NCBI GenBank assembly: GCA_051294905.1
Contig: CM119380.1
Location: forward strand, 21,886,001 to 21,950,000
Reading direction: 5' to 3'
Length of the DNA: 64,000 bases
From: Botryllus schlosseri
Taxonomy: Eukaryota
Every line of letters begins with the position of its first letter. Position 1 is the first letter of the stretch. The notes under the pieces were generated by a model. It saw nothing but the letters and a program-made list of their open reading frames with translations. It was not told the DNA's origin and made no database searches. Shown in pieces: positions 50,401-62,400 of this stretch. Position numbers and translations under genes: made by a program.

Positions 50401-53400
50401 CAATCGACAATGGGCAGCAGTAAAAAGCCGCGATTCAATCCGTCAATATTTGGGATGCCCGCATTGGTATTGAAGTCTGCGTGTAATTACAGTACTGATG
50501 AATTGCTACTGTCTACTTTTATAGGGTGTCACCTCTCCCGAGCCGCACAGGAGCTCGTTTTACGATGGCGCTGTTAAGTTTGGCGGCGCCAACGCGTCGG
50601 GAAGATCACCCTATTTTGCTACTCCCTATAAGGTTGGTTTTGAGGCGAGTTTCCTCAGTCGGTTAGTGCTATTCAAATTTTGCGGTTCATCCAGATACCG
50701 TCTGTAACCAAAGTAAAAGTGCGTCACGTTAACCACCAAAGAACTCCCGCTCGTAATGTCGCCGTTCCTTCACGGAATGCCAGCCTGCCCCTCGACGACA
50801 ACATGAGCTCGTCGGCCCGGAAAATCTTGCAGACTCTGGAGAAGATATCGAGCCCGCTTAGTGTGAGTTTTCTTTGCCTTTTCTCTAGCTTGTGGCCGGC
50901 GTGCTGTATTGAGATTTATGCTACCCATGTCCCTGACACTCGATTTTTGGCAATTCCAAATTACTCTCCTAAGGGTCGGTGCCAGCATTTACATCAACAT
51001 AACCGTTTGCCAACAAAGCCTCAACTGATTTGAACATTCTTTGACGGACTATCTTCTTGAAAATTTTTAATTATTTGGCCATTGACTGGTGCGTGTTGTA
51101 TGTCATTTTTTTGTGGATTAGTGTATTTCTTTTTGTGTTATACTGTCTGATTCTGTTCTGTATGTCTCAACACTGATGCCGTGATGTTTGATATACGCGC
51201 TCTAGAGAAGGGATTGACCAGATCATTGGGTCTCCTTAGGACTGTTGACTTATTAGGGGGGGTCGCTTGTTTTCAAACATGTTGTATCTAACTTGCAATT
51301 TATGTAATTGCAAACGTTGGGAGATCACAAAACTTGAAAATATATGCACCTTGACCCGTATTGAAGACACATTACTCGGTGGTACCTGAATTATTTTGTT
51401 AAATGGGTCGGTTTTAAAACATGTTGGGAACCACTGGATTAGATGACAGTTGGGTTGTATTGTACCTGAAAATACTGCTTTTTCGTGTTTCCCTTGCGAG
51501 ACAAATTCAATTAACGATCTTTGTGTCAATCTCGCAGGATGCGCGGAGAATTCCGACGATGGCCAGAACTCCTTCGTCCTATGCGGTAATTGTGACGTTT
51601 TCCGTGTCAAAGTCGGGGCGTAGCCTGACACGATTTCCTGATTTTGCAGGCGGACAGGTCTAGGCGGCGAACCCTCGCATCCTCGACGTTGTTGCAGAAT
51701 TCTGCCTCTGCACCACCTATCACCGGCCTGTCGACACCGTCTCCCGCGAAACTACGCAGACGCACGCAAGTACCGACTACTAGCAGTCTCCTGGTTCGTA
51801 AGAAGGAAAAAGTACATTTCGAAGAAGATTCCGTTAAAAAGTGAGAGTTCTCGTCGCGAGGGTATAGGCAGATGTTCATTTCGGGTTTTTATCAATAGGA
51901 ATGTATCAGAGGACCCGGCCATTGTGCCGAATTCGAGGGCGATTGCTGCCCGTGGATTGCCGGCCCCTATTGCGTCTATGTCTTCGTCAGGTATGGTTGC
52001 GTTGGTTGGATTTTCCCATCGGCCCATGCAAAATTGTGTGAAAAAATCTCTAATCGAGATTTTGTACTTTCTAGCAATGCTATGGTCTAGTAGCCTCTCC
52101 GATAGGATGCTTGTAATCTTTAACTGTTTGTTACCGGCTTTTGTGCCTTGTTAGTAAACTAAATATACGCTCTCACTCGACTTAGAATTGAGGTGCTCAA
52201 TTTTTATGCCCTGTCCCATTTGCTTTGCCAGGTTCCGTACAATTTAATGAAATGCTGCATGCTATTTACTTCATTGTATGTCATGGTTACTCGCTCATTG
52301 CGGAATAGGGAATGCCGTAATGAATCTACGCTCGAGAGACGTGTCTATATGCTGGGAAATACAAACGCACTATTCCATCATTTCATTCCATTGCAGTATT
52401 TTAACAACCTCGATATAATTACAAACTTTGTGGTGTTTATGCTAATAACTGTAGATTGCCAGCTTTGTAAATTCGCTAAGCCGTTGAACATTATAATTTA
52501 TTGAATTTTCGCCACGTTTTTGAGTTTGTCCGATGCAATGTCACTCAGGTCTTGGGCCAAGCTTGGACCCTTGGAAAATTACGCAAGTGTGCGTTCCAAC
52601 ACCAGTTTATTAGCTAGTGATAATCCAACTGGAATCCTTCAGCCGGAATGGTGACGCCAAACACGAGGTCTCCGTTCTCCACTCCAAGTTCTTCTGGCGG
52701 AGGTAAAATCAAGCCGGGGAAAAAATCGTCGGCCCATTACAAGTCGCTGCCTCGTCCGGACGAAGAAGAATCGGTACGTTCCGGCGGAAAAGACAAGAGA
52801 ATGACGCAGAGTAGTCACACTGTACACATTTTGCCTTCGCAGGAACAAATGCAACTGCCGAATGTCAGTCTGCCAGTGTCGTCGTTACCGTCTTTCAATT
52901 TTGCCGCGGGAGGAATGACGTCCACTCCGGCGTGCCAGCCCGTCAAGGTTCCCGTAAGGAAACAGGTAACTGTGATAGTTCTATTTTAGACGCGACCGTG
53001 TCAGACCCGAGGCTTGATCAGTGAGAGTGGTATCTGTGGTTTCCCTGCTTGAAGTTCAGCATTCCTGGATAGCGTATGGCGGGTTGGTGCAGGACTTAGA
53101 GAGCCTTGCCAGGCTATTTCTGCATCTTCCTTATCTATCCAGTGGTACTTACACATCGTGCACTCATGGTGTGCATGTGCAACTGGGGCTGTTCAAAAAT
53201 AACTTTTTTTTTTCAATTTTTGACTGGCTACTGGATAAAATTGTTGATTTACCCAAGAAAAAACGCACACCAATTTTGGCCCAAAGTTTTATTTAACAAA
53301 AATGAATACTTAAATTTTCAAATTTTACTGACTGCTTGATGAAATTGTTAGGTAGTCTGAAAATATATGTGCAACAAATTCGGCCCGATTCCAACCAGTA

Positions 53401-56400
53401 GAACCGAAGTTACAGGAGTAAATCCAAAACTTTTTTCTCCTATAGCAATGACTCTATATGTTAGAATTAAGCCAAAATTGGTGTGTAGTGTTATTTTTAG
53501 ATAACCCAACAGCCCTAATGTGCACAGACCGTGTGTGTATTTTTTATGTAGGCTGTATATTATGAGTCGGTGTATATGCCATAAAAAAAATCAAAGACAA
53601 ACGTATATATCGTCCTATGGTAAGCTAATTATTGAGATAAAAGGTCAGCGCCGTTGTGACCCCTAGAGCCAGCAGCCCTCTATTTGGATTGCCGAAAGAT
53701 GCTGACCGGTGTCTTAACCTGTGCTGTCTCTAGACTCCGAAAGATCCAAAGTTCGATTTCGCTTCACCTATCGTCAAAACCGTCCAATCCGCTGACACGC
53801 CAACCTCCTCCGACACAGTAAGTCTTGTTTTGTTGAGACTGCCCGCCCACGCGTAGTTAACACCAGTCCTTTACGTCGCAGTTGAAGTATCAATTCAGCT
53901 CACCACAGACGAAGTGCCCCGCCGTGACGGACACTCCAAAGGCACCGTCGACAAAATCGTTTGGCGCGGGGTCAAAAGCCGGGGCGCCCTCGCTGGTGTT
54001 TGCACCCAATCCGAAGGTGATTTCCGCGGCAAAAGCGGCCGGTAGGAGGTCGTCGCCTTTCGCGTCTCCTAATGCGTCTTCTGCGGAACCGAAGGCTGCC
54101 GAACCACTCAAGAAAGGAAGCGTTATGGATATTTTAGGTGGGTTTGTAGCCGAGCTGGAACATTTCCAGATTTTCTAAATGAGATTGGAGTTATGATTAT
54201 AACTGCACGTTGTGCCTTTGTGTAGCTTGTGCTGTGTATCCACTGAGATTGAATGATTGATTAGGTACGTGTTGATTGTGGTTTAGCAGGGTTGTAATGA
54301 CTCGACACTCTACTCCGTGACTTGGACTCGGACTTGACTCGCGTCAAAACTATAAAAGTCAGATTGACTTGTGACTCGGAACCTTGTGACTTGGTTACAA
54401 CCCTGTAGTTTAGGTTATGGAAGCGTGCACAATTTTCCGGGGGTCGCCCTTGTTGTCGGGCTACCGTTAGTACTCGGTGGCAATTTCTTTTTTCATCGTT
54501 GCAGCAAACTTCACATACACGTTTTTTCCCGAATTATATTAGAATTACCGAATCCACAAAATGAATGCGACGAATATCAATCAAGTTCAGTTTATATCAA
54601 TTATACTTGTACTCTATCCCACGTTCGATTGGGGTTACTGAATTTGCAAAAACTTGGAAACTGAATTGAATTCCGATTCGGAAAGATATACAACAAAAAT
54701 GATTTTCAGTCCACCGGAGTCTAATCTCATAAGCGTGAGAACGGCAAATATCTGTACACCAAGCTTAGGTATGTTGGCACTATGCGGTTCACCTGAAGCA
54801 TTTTCAGGAAAGCCAGAAGTTAGATCAGAATTAGATTACAGGCATGTCGCTCTAATTTGTTCGATTTGTAGTTCGTTTGCGTGAATTCGGTGTGGTTTTG
54901 CGTGCTTTCGATACTTGAACGATTACGTTTCAGGCTACTTCCGCTTTTATGTGAGAGAAATTGCCGTCGGGTGAAATAGCACCCGTACCGCGGTAACCGG
55001 GCGTTTTCGAAAAGTGCTTGATTTGTATCGCCGTCATTGGTCACTTGGTGTTGTTGATTTCGAACGCGGCCCGCTCCAGTTCACTACTAAAAGTATGTTT
55101 CACCTCGATCGTCGATACTTTTCATTGCAATGAATCTGGCTTGACGGGCCCGCTGCTACGCCTTTACATTGTTTTCTGTTCAATGCCGTATTATTTTACA
55201 GGAAAAGGCTCGGACTCTGAGCGGCCAGAAGAAAAAACGCAACCTCCTCCGTTTAAGGCGAAAACGTCCGGTTGGTCTTGCGAAGTCTGTATGATTCCGA
55301 ATGACGAATCGGACGCGGTGTGCGCCGCCTGCACTACTCCGAACCCTAACGCGACTGCGAAACCTTCGACAAACTCGCCCGCGTCTAAAGACGCTATTAA
55401 AAAGCCGGAAACAGGCTTCAAATCAGCCATGTTTTCTAATGAAAAACCCGCGATATCGTTTGGCGACCCGTCTGCCAAAATCACCGCTAGTAAAGCGGCG
55501 CCGATTCCTGGATTTGGGACTGTAAAATCAGACGCCGAAAAGATTCCAGCAGCTTCTGTTAAATTTGGATTACCTGCGTCTTCTTCGGCTGTCAGGTAGC
55601 AGTTACCCGGTAGTCTAGTTACTACGTCGTGGTTGTATACCGTGTCCTGGTTTGCGTTTCAGCTCTGAGACGGCGTCTGGCAAATCCGCTTGGGGAAATG
55701 CGGGGAAGAAACAGACTGGCACGTGGGAGTGTGAAGTGTGCATGGTTCCGAATTCCGAAGACAGAAAGAACTGCGAAGCTTGCAGCAGCGCGAAGCCAGG
55801 TTAGCGTATTGTTTTGTATAGGGGGGCGCTTGTTGTTGAGCTCCCTCGTGTGGCTAACGTGAAACATTTTGAGGACAATATCGGTGTAGTTCACTTGACT
55901 GGATCAGTATGTCATCGGATCCGTGGCAGAGATGCGATTTCGAGTCCGTTTGATTACAAAATTTTCCAACAATTCAAATCACCGTGCCATTGCAGATTTA
56001 TGGGAAGAGAAGGAGTGATTGTAAAGTATAAGAAAGCTATTTTGCTTATTCATTCCATGTAAATATATCCAACTCTTTGTTTGCTGATACACTGCTGCAA
56101 TTTTATTACCCTAAACCTCCAGGGATAAGCAAGTCTGCAGGTCGTTTGCCACAAAAAGAGGGCTGTTGTAAATACGACATCCTGCTGGCCATAGGCGCCG
56201 ACTTTTATTTTTGCATAGGGTGGCCAGATGAAAAAAGGGAGAGGTTTGAAATTGTTTCAAATTTACCAAATTAGCATCAATTTATTACGGTTGAGTTCAT
56301 GCGTAAATGCCCATAATACATTGATAGGACAAGCTTCATCGTGTTGGCCGAATTAACCCGTATAAGCATGCGAGTCCAGCGGTTAATTAGCGATTCCTCG

Positions 56401-59400
56401 ATCCCGCTTCAATATCAACCATTCACTATTCGCCATCACACTCGCGAACAATTGAATACGCAACCTCGGTGACGACGAACTATTTGACAAATTAATATGA
56501 TTGAAGTCTGCTGTGGAATCTGTTTTGTAATGGCACCGATATCAGGCGATTCAGGCCTGCCGTATCTTTTGATGGCTCTACCTTAACACACATCTTCTGA
56601 TGTTTTAGTATTAGCTCTAATCAATTACGTACGTTCGAGTCTGTTCTTGGCCAATTGTGCAGATTCAAAGTTATTCCATTTCACGCTGTCATTCTTAAGC
56701 CAGTATGACATAACAATCACATAAGTAGTGACAGCAGGCAAATCATGCGAGGCCTGTAGCAGACGCTATAGTTTAGGCCAGCGATGTTATCACATGCGCT
56801 GGTCCTGCTGTAGACTCGATAGTTCAGGCTGATAACGATATCAGGCCTAGCCTGGTGCACACGATAGTTCATGCCGGCGATTATAGCGTGCAGGCCTGCA
56901 TGCGGACGCGCTAAATCAAACCACCGACGATAGTGCACATGGCATGTCAATGACGCATTTCGCATACAAATGATTCTCGCTAATACGAATTAGTGAATTG
57001 GCATTTCAAGAGGACGGGGTTTCTAGTCTTCAATGACAATCTCCCTGGCTACGCACCTAGGGTTTTAATACCAACAACGCGCTGGTTAATATCAGCCCGG
57101 GTCTTACGGTCTACTTTGGCCCCGATCAGCCAGTCGAATTTGATCGTGAAATGGTGCGATTTTGATTATCCATTATGTTGCAGCAAGAGCAATATGGGCG
57201 CATGCCGCGACCTTATCAATAGAATTACAAATCCTAAAGGTTTGAAATTCGAGCCGCGATATGGTTGCGCTCGATAGAGCCCGTCCAGCAATGAAGTTTA
57301 TTGGAACATAGAAGGTTTCCCGTTCAAACTAATCGAATAAATTCAGAATTTGCGCCACCTAGAATCTCGTGTTGCATCAATATTTGACTACGTAATTCAA
57401 CGCCGTGCACTGCACAATGCGCAGTATTAATAACTCGTCGCCTATGATGGCCGACACCCTGTAACTCGTCGCCCATGCTGCCGGCTATTTTGAAATAGCA
57501 ATGGTATTACGGTTTTATGCGTATGTCGGTCAAAGGGCCGCAATCGACGTCAAGGATCGACGTGTAAAACGGCATATTGCTCCGCTCTCAGGAACCAAAG
57601 CCGAAGCGGAAGCGTCTTTCAAATTTGGAGAAAAATCGTCGGGGCTGTTCAAATTCGGGACGCCAAAAGAGAAGGATGCGATAAACGTGACCAAGAGCCC
57701 GACCTCGGAGACGGCGACGCAGACGACGCAGTCCGTGGCACCGTCCAACGCCAAAGGTAGCCCGTTGGTCATTACTAGGGATGGTGCAAGTAGTCGTAGT
57801 TGCTACTCAACTAGAAGTAGCAATTTCGAAGACGTGTGGAAGTAGAAAATGGAATGTTTGAAAACTGCTAGAGTACCTGTACGGCACGTACTGTCAAGGA
57901 CAGATTTAGGCACTTAATCGGAGGCGATTACTTTTGATATTGCAAGATCTGTCTTCGCGTCTGAAGGCTGCTGCACACGGGGCCCCTCGCGACACGACAA
58001 AATGAGACAATTTTGTCGCGGTCTCAGTCACAACAGAAAATAAGAACCCGCTCTCATTTCGACGATGCTGTTGCAACCTTTTGTGATCGTTCCACTTCCC
58101 AATTGAACATTGTATCTTGGGTTTTATGGTGAAGGCTGTGTGGGATTGAGGCAGTGCGCTGCATGGTATCCATCAAGCCAAGAAAAAGAATGATTCAACC
58201 TCAAGTAGGAAAAATGAAATGAAGATGTATTTGATAACTAGATTACTATATATTCACAATACAAGATGAATAACAGAGAACATGACCGCTAGCCCGCGAA
58301 TGCCACTGATATGCTTGACATTACGAAAGTACCGGTAGACTTTGTCGGGGCGTCTCAACTGTTAGACACCTTCTTGTCTATATTCTTTGTATCTAGGGTG
58401 CTGTATATTGTGCATTTGCGTCTTGAGTTGAAGTAATAAACTGAGTTTTCAAATTTGAAATTATCTTACTGGCATTATGGTATATTCTTTACCAAAATTA
58501 CACATAGTAAACATGTCTGTAGGAAGTGTAGGAATTATCTTGATGTGCTCTTCAATAGTAATAACCAAGAATCTATACTTTTACGAAATTATCAAGTTGG
58601 TACAGAACGGATACGTTATGACTCGGTGTCCCAGTGTGCAGCAGATCGCAACTACCGCGATCGAGAGCGCGACATGATCGGGGAATTGCCTGTTTTAGTC
58701 GTGTCGCAAAGCCAGTGTGCAGCAAGCGGCAGACTAACGACACTACGAATAGAGAATCTTGGGAAATGTATTTAGTTGTAATCAACGAGACTATTTCACG
58801 CGGCTCTGTGATAATTTCATTCATGACAGCCAGCCAGAGATATCACAAAGGTACTTCGTGATTTTCAAAACCAATACGTCAAGTAGAAGCAAGAGAACTC
58901 CATGAACATAACCACATGAGTAAGTGGTGAGAGTAGGCAAAACCTACTTGAGCATTCCGAGAAAGTAGAATTACATTTTTACTGACCGTCTCTGCTTGTT
59001 TTTCTTGCGGGTGACTGTGTTACGCTTTCATATTGTAGAACCCGCGAAGCCTAGTTTTTCATTCGGAACGCCGACAAGCATTGGCAAGCCGACGGAGGCT
59101 CCCAAAGTGCCGAGTTTCGGAACCGGAAGCGTCACGAAACCGGACGGCCAAACGAATTTGTCGTTTGGTCTGAAGCAGCGAGAGAACGAGCCGTCGCAAT
59201 CCGAAACTAAAGACGCGGACGCGCAGAAACTACCTACATTCCAATTTGGAGCGCCGTTGAAAGTTAGCGCCGGTGAGTGGGTTACCTCTATGGTTTGCGA
59301 ATCGGCCAAGATGCTGTTGGTCGAGCGACGTGCCTTTCTCTGTCTCATGAGTACAGTTCTTCACGTTGTGTGGCCTTGAGCGTATTCAAACACACGCCGC

Positions 59401-62400
59401 AGATTGCATCCAATCTAGCTTTGTAAAGCTCATTCCAGATCCGATTCGTCTACAGAAATCTTCGACAACGTCTATTGTAGTGGTCATCAACCGGGGATCT
59501 GCGGATCTGCCCCTTAAAATATTAGATAACCTAATTTGTATTTTTTTTCTTCGTAAAATCACGAGGCAGTTTCGCTTCGTTACTGGTAAAACTACAGAGA
59601 TCCCATCAACAGATTGGCTATCTGATGTGAACTCTGCTGTGCAGAGTCATTTTAATTGCTAAATTGTCTATAGCCTACTGCTGTTTCGAGATGTTTTGTT
59701 GGGGACTGTCGAAATAAAATGGATGAGAAAGGTCAATCACGGTGACTTCGAAATATTTACAAAAATCCATTTTCTCCTGTGATGTAAATAACCATGTTTT
59801 CCACATACTAACTTCAAGATAAGCTGCTAGATATAAGTGACCGGGCTTGTCGTTATATGTTCATTATAAGAAAAAATGTTTGTCGATTTTGGTCGTACCC
59901 GAATGTGTCGACGGAAGCGTTACGAGTTACTGATTCATTCGCCACCACCTATATTTGTGGAAATGGATTTTCGGCACTTGTTCACATCAAATCGCAGGAG
60001 CGTGTTTTCAAGACACGACCACGTATTTCAAGAAGTCTAGTTGCAGGAATCGTTTTAAAATATAAGTAGTCAACCCAATTTTTACCTGAATAGTGTGGTC
60101 TTATTTTCAAGAAAAGTCATTTTCTTTGCTGTTTATCATTAAGCGTGCAGTTATCATTTGCACGAGACGCAGATGATGATTGTACGATAATTGAGCTAAG
60201 TTTGAACTGAAACTTCGTGGGGTCCGCGGCTTCCGTGACGGTTCGAAAGGGGTCCGCGAAGACAAAAAGGTTGAGAACCACTAGTCTGTTGTGTTTGCCC
60301 ATATATGCATTTGCGAGCGGTACTTATTTTTTGGCTATTCTCAACGCCTGTACATTTCTATCTCAGGATCAACTTCGAGCAAGCCTGCCGCGCCGCCAGC
60401 GACAAAAGCCCCAGCCATGTTCAGTGGTCCTCCACTCGGCACTTCTACCGGGGCGGCACCACAGATTGCCCCTACGCCGGTCTCCGTCCCACCCGTACTC
60501 TTTGGATCAGCGAGTAATTTCTATTCGTGTTACCGCATCGGGAGAGCCTCACTTATCCTTGTTAATTTTACCCAGCCGCTGGTGCGGGCCAGGCCACGCC
60601 GGTGTCTTCGTCTGTCCTCGGGGCGGCTGCGAGTGCCCAGATTCAGCCGAAGTCTTTCGCGAGCGATTTGAAACAAGATACAACATCAGGTAGTTGTTAT
60701 TTGAATGCTTCGTGGCTCTAGACTGCGATGTTAATCGTTACGTGTTTTCAGCGTCCGTTACAAAGTCTGCCGATGCGAAAGAGCCCATCAAGACGTTTAC
60801 GTTTGGTGTGAAGTCCTCTGGTGAGTTGATATGGATTGTTGGTATTTTGGCAAGCACGTTTTTAGGCTTGTTGTGACTTGAAATTTGTGATGCTTAAGAC
60901 TTTTTTTCCTGTACCCTCCTATCAATGTTCGTTTTATCGGTTGGATTTTCACAAGCAACTTATGCTTGTCGTAGGTCGAAATTGTCGAACTTCAACAAGA
61001 TTTTTCTTCTGTATCCCCTGTTAGCGGCCAGTTTCAAAAAACGTGTGCGAAACTATTTTTTGTTCACAGACAATTTGAGAAAAACCAGCGTTCCGACAAC
61101 GGCGCCCCCTGCCTTCTCACTGGGGGGCAAATCAACTGGTAAGCGTTGACCTGATGATCTAACTTACGATTATAATCAAGATTGTCTCGGTGCTCCATCC
61201 TTGAAATTTCTGCTTTTCTCCTACTAGGTTCAAGTCTGAAATTGCGCAGTGTTTGTCCATCACTCGTCATTGTAGTGTTCTTTGATCTAATCGAGAATGT
61301 GAAATTCCATTATCCCAGCTCCATGATTATAGCACCAATCATGCGTTACACTAGAAGCTTATCTTAAAATCAAATCCACTCATTGATTGTAATATCGCAA
61401 GATTCTTTAACGACGCGTTTACTCCCGTTCTGATCCGGACCTTAATGGGTCAAAGGCACGCTTGGATTATATTCCACCATTTTTTCAGGCACTACTGCGT
61501 TTGGAAGCGGGCCCGCGCAGGATAAACCCGACACCAAAGTCAGCACTCCTGTATTTAGCGGTTTTGGACAGAAGCCGACCGAAAACAAGTTGCCTTCCGC
61601 GTTCGGCAGTCCCGGTACGGTGTTTGACTCGTCTGAGCGTAATTGGGCTTTTGATATTATTGTTTTATAATGTTTTCAAGCAGGGATGGCGTTTACCGGG
61701 TTTGGGAAGACGTCTGAAGCACACGACGCTTCCAAAAGCGAGCCTGCTAAACCGATATTTAGTGGATTCGGTGCCGGTAGCACTGACGGTGCAGGTTTGT
61801 AACGATACCTCGGCGGATAACTACTGTGTTTGTGGTGCTGACTATTTACGTTGCGTTTGAAACAGCATCGAAGCCTGCGTTTTCTGGTTTCGGTAAGACT
61901 CCCGAGGCAAACGCGGCCTCTAAAAGCGAGCCGTCCAAACCCGTATTTGGAGGGTTCGGTACTGGGACTTCAAACTCTGCAGGTATGTTACAGTCTCAGA
62001 TAAATTGACGGTCGCTGGCTATGCCTTGTGACACGAGTGTTGTGTGTGATTTATGTGTAAAGCGAAGCGACATGTCGGTAATAAGAATGAACCCACAAAT
62101 TCCATATCAGTGATAATGCTTGGTAAACTTAACCGTGTAATGTTTACATTGTACAAGCTCTAATATGACCGTAACCAATATTCATCTTACTTATCGTAAT
62201 CGTTATGTTTGTCGGGCCGGTATATACGAATTGATAGCGAGATCCCGGTATGTGGAAGTTGCAGAAATGATGTAAATTTCTACTCGAGTAGACGTAAGGA
62301 AGTAAAAAGTTGAGCATAGAGACCAAAAGCAGTATTTCATGGATTCAATGCAGTTCAATAGCGGTTGAAGTCAATGGCACATCCGTGGCCGATTGGAGTT

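Noticed and set aside
58134-58262. H/ACA snoRNA candidate (hairpin followed by AGAAAA)
   Set aside because: The second hairpin is unconvincing and there is no paralogue or target; it needs a covariance search.
61151-61239. Third C/D snoRNA (CTGATGA..CTGA)
   Set aside because: No terminal stem, no clear internal boxes and no rRNA complement recognised.
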